Source of the DNA: Chiloscyllium plagiosum
Lineage: Eukaryota
Direction of reading: 5' to 3'
Assembly (NCBI RefSeq): GCF_004010195.1
Contig: NC_057719.1
Span: forward strand, 13,954,511 to 14,008,754
DNA: 54,244 nt
Position 1 is the stretch's first letter. Each line of letters opens with the position of its first letter. Below the pieces are notes generated by a model, which saw nothing but the letters and a program-made list of their open reading frames with translations, was not told the origin of the DNA and searched no databases. Shown piece by piece: positions 1-11,417 of the stretch. Both the position numbers and the translations under genes were made by a program.

Positions 1-228
1 CCCTCCCCCACTCACCTATTGTACTCTATGCTACTTTCTCCCCACCCCCACCCTCCTCTAGCTTATCTCTCCACACTTCAGGCTCACTGCCTTTATTCCT
101 GATGAAGGGCTTTTGCCCGAAACGTTGATTTCGAAGCCTCTTGGATGCTGCCTGAATTGTTGTGCTCTTCCAGCACCACTGATCCAGAATCTGGTTTCCA
201 GCATCTGCAGTCATTGTTTTTACCAGAT
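1..228 (+). mobile_element. Penelope-like element 3' pLTR, family A (runs off window start)
   Basis: Same sequence as the pLTR attached to GIY-YIG-coding copies at 29560-29848 and 44307-44890; contains a hammerhead core at 99-126. Confidence 0.85.
95..130 (+). ncRNA. Minimal type I hammerhead ribozyme motif, family A
   Basis: CTGATGA(99-105)-A-GGGC-TTTT-GCCC-GAAAC-GTT(124-126); helix I pairing is weak. Confidence 0.75.
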
Positions 229-401
229 TGACAACTGAGCCAATTTCTGCCAAAACTCTGTCCTGTAAAGGGAAATATGCAAGTTCTAAATTGCCCTTAC
301 TCTTTGGTATTATCTGTGAATGGGTTTGTTGGAATTTTAAGATTAACAGGCTCACTAGCTATGGGGTGTCACACAGACAAGATAATGTAGTCACCTCTGC
401 A

Positions 402-1093
402 ATAGCTCTTTGAAAGTGGAGTTGCAGGTAGATAGGATAGTGAAGAAGGATTTGGTATGCTTTCCTTTATTGGTCAGAGTATTGAGTACAAGAGTTGGGA
501 GGTCATGTTGCGGCTGTACAGGACTTTGGTTAGGCCACTGTTGGAATATTGCGTGCAATTCTGGTCTCCTTCCTATCGGAAAGTTGTTGTGAAACGTGAA
601 AGAGTTCAGAAAAGATTTACAAGGATGTTGCCAGGGTTGGAGAATCTGAGCTATAGGGAGAGGCTGAACAGGCTGGGGCTGTTTTCCCTGGAGCATCGGA
701 GGCTGAGGGATGACCTTATGGATGTTTACAAAATTATGAGGGGCATAGATAGGGTAAATAGGCAAAGTCATTTCCATGGGGCCAGGGAGTCCAGAACTGG
801 AGGGCATAGGTTTAGGGTGAGAGGGGAAAGATATAAAAGAGACCTAAGGGGCAACTTTTTCACACAGTGGGTGGTACGTGTATGGAATGAGCTGCCAGAG
901 GAAGTGGTGGAGGCTGGTACAATTGCAACATTTAAGAGGCATTTGGATGGGTATATGAATAGGAAGGGTTTGGAGGGACATGGGCCGGGTGCTGGCAGAT
1001 GGGACTAGGTTGGGTTGGGATATCTGGTTGGCATGGACAGGTTGGACTGAAGGGTCTCTTTTCATGCTGTACATCTCTATGACTCTATGACTT
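402..1093 (+). mobile_element. CR1/HER1-type LINE, 5'-truncated 3' end
   Basis: ORF 457-1008 has CR1 ORF2 C-terminal motifs (LYRTLVRPLLEYCVQFWSP, NFFTQ.VV.VWN.LP); (CTCTATGA)n tail. Confidence 0.93.
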
Positions 1094-1345
1094 TATGTGT
1101 CAAGACTGTAGGAGATATGGTGAGAAAAAAGGTACATTCCTTTACAAATGCTTAACTAGAGATATCCACCACCATTTAATCCCTTTGCTGCCCTCTTGGG
1201 TGACCTGGCAATCCACTTAGTGCTGAAAACAACTACATCAAAAGAAGTTGAGTACCACAGCCTCACCAGTGTTTCCATAGCCCCAAGCAATTTTCTGAAA
1301 AAGTACTTGCCTCAAAAAAAAACTTTTGCGATTCAGTTTTGTTAT

Positions 1346-1435
1346 TAGTTAAAAGTCACACAACCCAAGGACTATTACCTGGTGCTGTGTGATTTTTAAC
1401 TTTGTACACTCCAGTCCAACACTGGCTCCTCCAAA
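1346..1435 (+). mobile_element. Short Penelope-like family B insertion with inverted 5' part
   Basis: Matches the ends of 49149-49346; flanked by 13-bp direct repeat TCAGTTTTGTTAT (1333-1345, 1436-1448). Confidence 0.75.
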
Positions 1436-1687
1436 TCAGTTTTGTTATGGCCTTTTATGAGTAGACGCAAAGTGAAAAGATAGCATATACAAGCCAGAGG
1501 CTTGGAAAACAATAGCATCAAAACTAGGAAATGGAATAGACTGTCTGGCCCTTTCAGCTTTATCTGCCATTCAATAGAATCCCTACAGTGTGGAAGAGGC
1601 CATTCAGCCTATCAAGTCTTATCAACCCTCCAAACAGCATTCTCCCTCTACCCTATCCCTGGATTTTATCATGGTTCACCCACACAT

Positions 1688-3962
1688 CAAAGAACAAAGC
1701 GCAAAGAAACTTTACAGCCCAGGAACAGGCCCTTCGGCCCTCCAAGCCTGAACCAATCCAGACCTACTGTCTATACCCGTCACCCAATTCCTAAGCATCT
1801 GTATCCCTCTGCTCACCACCTACTCATGCATCTGTCCAGATGCATCTTAAATGAATCTACCATGCCTGCTCCTTCTGCCACTGCTGGCAACGTGTTCCAG
1901 GCACCTACCACCCTCTTTGTAAAGTACTTGTCGCATGTTTCCCCCTTAAACTTTTTACCTCTCACCTTGAAAGTGTGCCCTCTCGTTTTTGAACCCTTCA
2001 CCCCGGAAAAAAACTTATCTCTATCTATCCTGTCTATACCCTTCATGATTTTGTAGACCTCAGTCAGTACCTCAGCAATCTCCTTTTTTCTAATGAAAAC
2101 AATCCTTACCTACTCAACGTTTCTTCATAGCTAGCACCTTCCATACCAAGCAACATCCTCGTAAACCTTCTCTGCACCCTCTCCAAAGCGTCCACATCCT
2201 TTTGCTAATGTCGTGACCAGAATCGTACACAGTATTGTAAATGCAGCTGAACCAATGTCTTGTACAATTTTAGCATGATCTGCCAGCTCTTATACCAGTA
2301 TCCCATCCAATGAAGGCAATCATATCATATGCCTTCTAGACTACTCTATCCACCTGTGCAGCAACCTTCAGGGTATAATGGACCTGAACTCCCAGATCTC
2401 TCTGCTCATCAACTTTTCCCATCAGGCTCTTCTGTTTACTGTATAATTTGCTCTCAAATTAGACTTCCCAAAATACATCACCTCACATTTGCCTGGATTG
2501 AAAACCATCTGCCACGTCTCCACCCAACTCTCCAGTCTATCTATGTTTTCCTGTATTCCCTGACAGTCCCCTATGCTTTCTGCTACTCTACCAATCTTTG
2601 TGTCATCTGCAAACTTATTGATCATACCAACAGTGCCCTCTTCCAGATCATTTATGTATATCACAAACAACAGTGACCCCAGCACTGATCCCTGTGGAAC
2701 ACCACTGGTCACCTTTCTCCATTTCAAGAAACTCCCTTCAACTACTACTCTCTGTCTCCTGTTGCTCAACCAGTTCTTTATCCACCTAGCTAGAACACTC
2801 TGCACATCATATGACTTCACTTTCTCCATTAGTCTACCATGGGGAACCTTATCAAACGCCTTACTAAAGTCCATGTATATGACATCAACAGCCCTTCCTT
2901 CATCTAACAACTTGCTCACTTCCTTGAAGTACTCTATTAAGTTGGTAAGGCACGATCTTCCCCGCAAAAAAAAACATATTGCCTATCACTGAGAAGCTTA
3001 TTCTTTTTAAAATATAAATATACCCTATGTCTCAGTACCCCCTCAAACAACTTGCCCACTTCCGACGTCAGGCTCACTGGTTTGTAGTTACCCGGAATAT
3101 CCCTAGTACCCTTCTTGTACAGGGGGATAACATGAGCAACCTTCCAGTCGTCTGGCACCTCACCTGTATTTAAGGATGCCACAAAGATATCTGTCAGGGC
3201 CCCAGCTATTTCCTCTCTCGTCTCCCTCAGCAACCTGGGATAGATCCCATCGGGTCCTGGGGATTTGTCCACCTTAATATCCTCTAGCCTACCCAACACA
3301 TCTTCCCTACTTATGTCAACATGTTCCAGACTAATCAAACTTCTATCTCTAATCTCAACATTCATCATGTTCCTCTCCTCCATGAACACTGATGCAAAGT
3401 AATCATTCAGACTCTCACCCATTCTCTCAGGTTTGACAAAGCATTCCTTCTCCTTATCCTTTATAATCCTTTCTCTAGTTACCCGCTTGCTTCTTATATA
3501 AGAATGAAAGGCTTTGGGATTCTCCTTAATTCTGCTCACTAAAGCTATTTCATGACCACTTTTAGCCCGCTTGTTTCCTCGTTTAAGACTGGTCCTACTC
3601 TCCTGATATTCCTCCAGGGCCCATTCTGTTCTTAGCTGCCTGGACCTTATGTACGCCTCCCTTTTCCTCTTGACTAGTCATATGATCTCTCCTGTCATCC
3701 ACAGTTCATTAATCTTGCCCTTCCTACCTTTGCCTTCAATGGGATATGCCTATCCTGCACTATCTTTGAAAGTCTCCCACATATCAAATTTGGACTTCCC
3801 TTCAAATAGTTGTGTCCAATCCACATTTCCCAGCTCCTGCCTAATTTTGATATAATTGGCCTTGGCCCAGTTTAATACTCTTCCCTTAAGACTACTCTCA
3901 TCTTTGTCTACGAGTATTCTAAAACTTACAGAATTGTGGTCACTGTTCCTAAAGAAATCCCT
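1688..3962 (-). mobile_element. CR1-type LINE, ~2.3 kb frameshifted ORF2 (end of endonuclease, RT, C-terminus)
   Basis: ORFs 3750-3986 (SDHN), 2937-3539 (KSPGPDGIYP), 2422-2967 (DFSKAFDKVPH, GVPQGSVLG, FADD) and 1813-2046. Confidence 0.95.
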
Positions 3963-4022
3963 GGACCCGATGGGACAGTTTACCATGGCTAATTGTTACA
4001 AAGTCGAAAGCATGTATGTTCA

Positions 4023-4545
4023 AAGTTTGGGTGAAGATTTGTAGCTCGGGTGCTCATTGTTGTGGTTCTGTTCGCCGAGCTGGAAACAGCCACCCTCAGA
4101 CAACAACTCACCAGAACGAAGGACCCGATACCCAGCATGGGCAAAACTAATTTAGTGTACAAAATCCCATGCAAGGACTGCACAAAACACTATATAGGAC
4201 AAACAGGAAGACAGCTAACGATCCGCATCCATGAACATCAACTAGCCACGAAACGCCACGACCTGCTATTCCTAGTAGCCACACACGCAGATGACCAGCA
4301 ACATGGATTCGACTGGGACAACACTACCATTACAGGGCAAGCCAAACAAAGAACAGCCAGGGAATTCCTAGAAGCATGGCACTCATCCACAAACTCCATC
4401 AACAAACACATCGACCTGGACCCAATATACCGGCCACTACAGTGGACAGCTGAAACTGACAACCGGAAGCGGCAGAGACAGGCCACTATAAATGCCGGAG
4501 GAAACACCACAGAAGCGCTTCACAGGAGGCTCCCAAGCACTGAGG
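4023..4545 (+). mobile_element. Penelope-like family C fragment with GIY-YIG endonuclease and oppositely oriented 3' terminus
   Basis: ORF 4050-4562 has VYKIPC..C..HYIGQTGRQL.IRIHEH; 4023-4083 is the reverse complement of the terminus at 37323-37383; TSD ATGTATGTTCA (4012-4022, 4546-4556). Confidence 0.92.
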
Positions 4546-4594
4546 ATGTATGTTCAGTTTAAATTCAAAAGCGTTTCTTTGGATTACTCAAGTT

Positions 4595-4720
4595 AACCTA
4601 GAAGAAGCTCATGCCGACATAGAGAGAACATACAAACTCCACAAAGAGAGTCAACCAAGGCTGGAATTAAAACCAGGTCCTTGCACTGTGAGGTAGCAGT
4701 GCTCACCATTCAGCCACTGT
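4595..4720 (-). mobile_element. Degenerate HE1-type SINE 5' part
   Basis: Similar to the 5' half of 13191-13492 (tRNA-like A/B boxes). Confidence 0.6.
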
Positions 4721-4997
4721 GTCTCCTTCTGTGGGATCATGGCTATCTCAAAACCATACTCCCACTTTCTCCCCTTACCTCTTGATGCATTTAAAATCTA
4801 GAAATCTCTTCCTTGAGCATAAGAACCGAAAAACTTCAAGCTGGAGCAGGCAATTCAGCCTCTTGATCCTGCTCCACCATTTAATACAATCTCATCTCAG
4901 CCTCCAACTCCACTTTCTTAGTAACAGTCTAGAATCACAAAAAGAGCATGGTGCCCATTTCAGATCCATTCCATCCTGTCAGAATTGCTATGATATA

Positions 4998-6402
4998 GAC
5001 TGGAGGTCGGCAAACATGGTGCCACTGTTTAAGAAGGGCGATAAGGACAAGCCAGGGAACTATAGACCGTGAGCCTGACATCGGCGGTGGGCAAGTTGTT
5101 GGAGGGAATCCTGAGGGACAGGATGTACATGTGTTTGGAAAGGCAAGGACTGATTAGGGATAGTCAACATGGCTTTGTGCATGGGAAATCATGGCTCACA
5201 AACTTGATTGAGTTTTTTGAAGAAGTAACAAAGAGGATTGATGAGGGCAGAGCAGTAGATGTGATCTATATGGACTTCAGTAAGGCGTTCGACAAGGTTC
5301 CCCATGGGAGACTGATTAGCAAGGTTAGATCTCATGGAATACAGGGAGAACTAGCCATTTGGAAACAGAACTGGCTCAAAGGTAGAAGACAGAGGATGGT
5401 GGTGGAGGGTTGTTTTTCAGACTGGANNNNNNNNNNNNNNNNNNNNNNNNNNNNNNNNNNNNNNNNNNNNNNNNNNNNNNNNNNNNNNNNNNNNNNNNNN
5501 NNNNNNNNNNNNNNNNNNNNNNNNNNNNNNNNNNNNNNNNNNNNNNNNNNNNNNNNNNNNNNNNNNNNNNNNNNNNNNNNNNNNNNNNNNNNNNNNNNNN
5601 NNNNNNNNNNNNNNNNNNNNNNNNNNNNNNNNNNNNNNNNNNNNNNNNNNNNNNNNNNNNNNNNNNNNNNNNNNNNNNNNNNNNNNNNNNNNNNNNNNNN
5701 NNNNNNNNNNNNNNNNNNNNNNNNNNNNNNNNNNNNNNNNNNNNNNNNNNNNNNNNNNNNNNNNNNNNNNNNNNNTATTGGTCAGAGTATTGAGTACAGG
5801 AGTTGGGAGGTCATGTTGTGGCTGTAATGGACATTGGTTAGGCCACTGTTGGAATATTGCGTGCAATTCTGGTCTCCTTCCTATCGGAAAGATGTTGTGA
5901 AACTTGAAAGGGTTCAGAAAAGATTTACAAGGATGTTGTCAGAGTTGGAGGATTTGAGCTATAGGGAGAGGCTGAACAGGCTGGGGGTGTTTTCCCTCGA
6001 GCATTGGAGGCTGAGGGGTGACCTTATAGAGATTTATAAAATTATGAGGGGCATGGATAGGGTAAATAGACAAAGTCTTTTCCCTAGGGTCAGGAAGTGC
6101 AGAACTTGAGGGCATAGGTTTAAGGTGAGAGGGGAAAGATATAAAAGATACCTAAGGGGCAACTTTTCCATGCAGAGGGTGGTACGTGTATGGAATGAGC
6201 TGCCAGAGGAAGTGGTGGAGGCTGGTACAATTGCTACATTTAAGTGGCATTTGGATGGGTATATGAATAGGAAAGGTTTGGAGGGATATGGGCCGGGTGC
6301 TGGCAGGTTAGACTAGATTGGGTTGGGATATCTGGTCAGCATGGACGGGTTGGACCGAAGGGTCTATTTCCATGCTGTACATCTCTATGACTCTATGACT
6401 TT
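4998..6402 (+). mobile_element. CR1/HER1-type LINE (RT to 3' end), spanning an assembly gap
   Basis: RT motifs (NYRP.SLTS, DFSKAFDKVPH); 3' part closely similar to 402-1093; (CTCTATGA)n tail. Confidence 0.93.
5427..5775. other. Assembly gap (N run)
   Basis: Run of N. Confidence 0.99.
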
Positions 6403-7043
6403 ATATTCCTTGAATTTCTGTATATTTTGAGACATCCTGCGCAGGTGCCAGGTCAAAGCAATAGTTGCAGAGTATGATGGGAGTGGACTGAAATAATGCT
6501 GTTCCTCTCATGGACACATTATAATGAAAAGGAGTAGACATTCACCTTAGCTGGCAATGAATCATTGGTGAAAAGCCAATGAGGATGACGAATTTCCAAT
6601 GCAATTCAGGCAGCAGCCTTAGAAAGGGACAGCCACAGGACCTTATTAGTCATGAGTGTTGTTGACCCTTGACATAGAAACAATGAAACTTGCTCAAAGA
6701 TACAGCTGGTTGGAACATGTTTTCAAACCTAATTTACCACATCCATCTCAAACCATAGACCCCTATTTGCCACTTTCTTAAACTATCATCATGAGGAACA
6801 TTTCAGATTATATGCCTTTCCCAGAACAGATAGACATAAAATACCAGCAAGAGTAATGAATTTTAACATTGTTTTTCTGTGACTCACAATTGAATCGTTA
6901 CAATCTGCACACTCCATAAGCCAACAAAATTAAGAGTCAACATCAACCAATTCCACTTACAGACGTATAACAAACCTTCAGCTGGAATTCATTCCCACAT
7001 AGGCATAATTTCATTTGATTAATTATTGTCACACGTACTAAGT

Positions 7044-7165
7044 AGGAGAAAGTGAGGACTGCAGATGCTGGAGATCAGTCGAGATTGTGGTGCTGGAAAA
7101 GCACAGCCGGTCAGGCAGCACCCGAGGAGCAGGAGAATCGATGTTTCGGATATAAGCCCTTTTAA
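7044..7165 (-). mobile_element. Short Penelope-like family A pLTR copy with degenerate hammerhead
   Basis: Reverse complement of the family A pLTR 3' segment. Confidence 0.8.
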
Positions 7166-7194
7166 GGGTAAAGGATAGACCGTAGACAAGCATA

Positions 7195-7292
7195 AGGTTT
7201 GTGTGATGGACTGGGCTTCTTTCACAGCTCTCAGTAATTTCTTGCGGTCTTGGGCAGAGAGGTTGCCCAACCAAGCTGTGATGTATCCAGAA
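7195..7292 (-). mobile_element. Rex1/Babar-like LINE RT C-terminal fragment
   Basis: Translates as SGYITAWLGNLSAQDRKKLLRAVKEAQSIT, typical of Rex1/Babar ORFs; a matching 3'-tail-like sequence lies at ~7010-7043. Confidence 0.65.
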
Positions 7293-7313
7293 GAGTGCTT
7301 TGTAGCAAAATGT

Positions 7314-7450
7314 AGGGGGAAAATTACTGTAGATGCTGCAATCTGTACTGAAAACAACAAATGCTGGAGATCACAGTGGGTCAGGCATCATCCACAGAGA
7401 GAGAGCAAACTAACGTTTCGAGTCCAGATGACTCTTCATCAGAGCTGAAG
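7314..7450 (-). mobile_element. Short Penelope-like family D pLTR copy
   Basis: Similar layout to family A pLTR; carries an intact hammerhead. Confidence 0.7.
7408..7446 (-). ncRNA. Minimal type I hammerhead ribozyme motif, family D
   Basis: Minus strand AGCT-CTGATGA-A-GAGTC-ATCTG-GACTC-GAAAC-GTT-AGTT: 4-bp helix I (one G.U), 5-bp helix II. Confidence 0.82.
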
Positions 7451-8480
7451 CAGCAAAAAGTTTTCTGTTTTACTTGTCTTTGTTTTTTTTAAATTTCTCT
7501 TCTCATTAAGTCTTCATTTGCTGAGACATCGGAACTCGGAAGACAAGGCGGCTCAATGCAACTGAATGCTTCAGGACTGAAGTAAGTCTGTCTGTCACTC
7601 ATTATTTTGAGAGTGGATTTTTGTTTATACTGTGCTGTCACTGGTGTTGTTCAGTCTGAGCATTGTAGCTCCTTCAATATGTAATTTGAAAGCCTGTATT
7701 GTGATTTGATGCTTTGTATTCAAACATACTGAAACTAAACAAATAATTCATTTGTCATTTATGTTTTAACAAAAGGAATAGGAAATAACACTGCAGTGAA
7801 TAACAACTCTAATTGATGGATTCACATGCAGTTTTTAAACCGTAAAAGCAACTATTAGACCCAAGGGGTGTATTTCATAGGCAAACCTTTTTGAAAATAT
7901 TGTTCCACTCTCCTGCTACTGTCAATTTCTTTCCTCAAAATTGGATATCAATAGTTTCTGTTTCTGCTTGCTGACCGCACTTTTTGTAAACTGTGGTTCA
8001 TTTCCTCCAGTCCCTTCATCATTTCTTTGTGGAATTAGTAAGCCTTTCATTTATATTGAGGTATTTTTAAAAATGCTGCACCCCTTTAGAGTGTATGCAT
8101 TGGAAACTCAAGACACAATCTGATTTGCAAATTTGAGCTTCCACTGATTTTGGGGAAGGGGAGTGTTTGTGGATTTCAAAGTGACCCACATATTGCACTA
8201 TGCAGTTCAACTGTCTCAAAGTGCTTCGCACAATGAATCAAGTCTCTCCGTAAGTAAGTCTTGTCTCAGGTTCCTGTTAAACACCTCTGTCATGTCTATA
8301 TACAAAATGAATCCTGAATGTTGTCATACTGGGCATGGATGATCAACATCTCGCAGTTTTGTGACTAAGGTACACTGCTGACAGTAATTCTCTTTTCTAT
8401 ACCGATTCTAAGGCCTGCCTAATTTTTAGGGGTAAAGGATAGGCAAGAAGTGGACCTTGTCAAACATAACCAAAAAGTTT

Positions 8481-8793
8481 AGATTAGTTTCCCTACAATG
8501 TGGAAACAGGCCCTTCAGCCCACAGTGACCCTCTGAAGAGTTACCTACCCGGACCCATTTCCTTCTAATTAATGTACCTAACACAATGGGCAATTTAGCA
8601 TGGCCAATTCACCTGACTTGCACATCTTTGGACTGTGGGAGGAAGCCAGGGCACCCAGCAGAAACAGGGAGAATGTGCAAACGCCACACAGACGGTTGCC
8701 CAAAGCTGGAATTGAACCAGGAACCCTGATGCTATGAGGCAGCAGTGCTAACCACTGAGCCACCATGCTAACCACTGAGCCACTGTGCTACCC
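8481..8793 (-). mobile_element. HE1-type V-SINE
   Basis: tRNA-like head, V-domain (GTTTGCACATTCTCCC), CR1-like tail; 20-bp tandem duplication at 8746-8783. Confidence 0.88.
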
Positions 8794-9368
8794 TAATTTT
8801 ATTGTTTTTTTTAAAGTATTCATGGGATATTAGTATCCCTGGCTGGGCCATCATTTATTGCCCAGCACCAGTTTCCTACACCCAACCTGCAATGGGGTGA
8901 GGGTTAGGGTCTACAGAAGGTCTGTCGAGGGTGATGGGTTTTTTTTGTGTGTCAAAGACTGTGTCAGTTACTTTGAAAAACATTGTTGTTAACTTTTGTC
9001 TGTCTATTTAAATACTCTGGTGTCCATAAAATGAATGCCTTCCTTTCATTTTATGGCTTTAAGTTTAATGGAGAATTAATCATTATTGAGGATAGTGAGT
9101 AATTAGTTTAATTCTGCCTGTGTCTGAGCCTATCTACTACATATATCAAAGCAATACAGAAGGTATAGTTACTGTGCGACAATATCGCCTACCAACTGAG
9201 TCAATGAGAAGGAAAAGGTAGCCCCTGAAAACCATTTGTCTTAATTTCGTGTTGAACTAACATGTTAACTGCAGCTTATTTATATTCCTCTGATCTTTCA
9301 CTTGCCTACTTAACTTTGTATCACTAAATTTGGATATGATAGTATTTAAATAGATCATAGATAACCAA

Positions 9369-9593
9369 CTAGGAGGAAGTGAGGGCTGCAGACGCTGGAG
9401 ATCAGAACTTAAAAATGTGTTGCTGGAAAAGCGCAGCAGGTCAGGCAGCATCAAAGGAGCAGGAGAATCGACGTTTCGGGCATAAGCCCTTCTTCAGCCC
9501 TTCCTGAAGAACGGCTTATGCCCGAAACGTCGATTCTCCTGCTCCTTTGATGCTGCCTGACCTGCTGCGCTTTTCCAGCAACACATTTTTAAG
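9369..9593 (-). mobile_element. Penelope-like family A hairpin insertion (two hammerheads back to back)
   Basis: 90-bp inverted arms 9408-9497 / 9504-9593 with 1 mismatch; TSD CATAGATAACCAA (9356-9368, 9594-9606). Confidence 0.9.
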
Positions 9594-10224
9594 CATAGAT
9601 AACCAAGTCCCTAGTTCTGATCCTCATGATACCCATTGTGGAGCCTGCCAACTTAAAACTTTCTATTTGAATGAATGATTTTTATTGTCATGTGTCTTTT
9701 ACAGTGACAGGAATGGCAGAATACAGTAAAAGGCTTTTCCACTGTTGCCATTTTGAATGTTTCTAAGAATGAAAAGAGATAGAGCTTAAAGAGAATCCAT
9801 CAGTCCTGAGCCAGCTCATCACCAACGACGCTGTGCCACTATTTCTCCTTTGCTGCCTCGCTGCCAGACCTAACCAATGCCCAAATCGCCAATCCTTGGC
9901 CGCTATCTTTCGTCACTGGGCCTACCTCGCTGACGTCACCTCCACCAATGTAGCAGCCACTGATTCTAATGCCTGGGTCTCGTGCTCATCCCAGAAGAGT
10001 AAGGAAGGCCTCACTCAAGTCCACACTGAGATTCTTTACTGCTCTCTGAGTTCATGACAGGAACAAGAAGTAAATAAATAGGAAAGAAATAGTAAGAAAG
10101 GAAAGTGGGATGGTTGGAGCAGATGAGTCCCAGCTTAGGAGCCGTACTCTGCTGCCATCTTGATAATGTCCTAAGTGTTTTGGCTGTTCAGTTTCTGTCC
10201 ACACTCACATTAATCAGTGTTGAG

Positions 10225-10892
10225 TCCCACAAAAATATAGGAGCAGGAGGAGGATGTTCAGCCCATCGAATCTGCTTTGCTCTTCTGGACTGTGAGCTCC
10301 CTCAAGGCCATTTTCCATATCCAATGATGCCATTAGTATCTGGAGTTCTGTTAACCTCTCTCTTGACCCCACTCAGTGACTGCACTTCCATTGCCCTCTG
10401 GAATAGACCATTCTCAGTCCTCTGAATGAAGAAATTTCTCCCCATCACTATCCTAAATGGCTTGGTCCATTTCCTGAGATGATATCTCCTGGTTCTAGGG
10501 GGACCCAGGGGAAACATTCTGATTCTACTGTATCTACCTCTTTAAGAATTTTGTGAGTTTCATTAAGATTAGCTTTTATTCTTCTGATCTCTCCAGAATA
10601 CAGGCCCAATCTCTTCAATCCCTCTTCATGGGATTATCCTAGCAACCAAGCTGGTGAATCTCCATCACATTCTCTCTGGTAAGAAGACCAAAAATGTATG
10701 CAATAGTCAGGAGCAGTCTCAACAACATTTCGATAAAATTGAAGAAGATACCTTTAATCCAGGACTCTAATGATGAAAGCCAGCAGACCATATGCCTTCC
10801 TAATTGCTTGCTGTACTTATAAACTAAGGGCACCAATACTTCCCAATATTTTACCATTTAAAAAATATTCTGCATCTCTATTCCTCCTATCA
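10225..10892 (-). mobile_element. Old CR1-type LINE 3' fragments
   Basis: Degenerate C-terminal motifs in ORFs 10302-10517 (RNFFIQR) and 10639-10857. Confidence 0.65.
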
Positions 10893-10896
10893 AAGA

Positions 10897-11298
10897 GACT
10901 ATCACCTGATGAAGGAGCAGCGCTCCAAAAGCTAGTGCTTCCAATTAACCGTGTTAGACTATAACCTGGTTATGATTAGATTCCCTACAGTGTGGAAACA
11001 GGCCCCTCAGCCCAACACCAACTCTCTGAAGAGTAACCCACCCAGATCCATTTCCCTCTGACTAATGCACCTAACACTATGGGCAATTTAGCACGGCCAA
11101 TTCACCTGACCTGCACATCTTTGAAATGTGGGAGGAAACTGGAGCACCCAGAGGAACCCCACACAGGGAGAACATGCAAACGCCACACAGACAGATGCCC
11201 AAGGCTGGAATTGAACCTAGCCCCTGGCGCTGTGAGGCTGCATTGCTAACCACTGAGCCACTATGCTGCTCCTTGGGGTGCTGTGTGATTTTTAACAA
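10897..11298 (+). mobile_element. Penelope-like family B pLTR split by a SINE
   Basis: CTGATGAAGGAGCAGCGCTCCAAAAGCTA from 10906 (G-to-A in GAAA); sequence resumes at 11277-11296. Confidence 0.75.
10975..11272 (-). mobile_element. HE1-type V-SINE
   Basis: Full head-body-tail similarity to 13191-13492. Confidence 0.88.
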
Positions 11299-11334
11299 AG
11301 TGTGTAACATCACACTTATGCACGTTATATTCCA

Positions 11335-11358
11335 TGTGTGTGTGTGTGAGTTTGTATC

Positions 11359-11394
<36 letters not shown>

Positions 11395-11417
11395 TGTTTG
11401 TGTGTGTGAGTGTGTGT
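11335..11417. repeat. Compound (TG)n(AG)n(TG)n microsatellite
   Basis: Direct inspection. Confidence 0.95.

Noticed and set aside
391..807. Antisense ORFs over CR1 copies (also 16257-16940, 2573-2992, 32035-32568)
   Set aside because: Shadow frames of LINE ORF2, not independent genes.
1575..4720. One HE1-like SINE split by the CR1 and Penelope insertions (1575-1685 plus 4595-4720)
   Set aside because: Plausible, but the intervening unique sequence and lack of a TSD prevent confirmation.
5069..5866. ORFs of 127-252 aa
   Set aside because: Their length is inflated by the N gap; the real parts are CR1.
9408..9593. miRNA precursor or DNA-transposon MITE
   Set aside because: The arms are Penelope pLTR sequence, the structure is asymmetric, and TSDs are long and variable.
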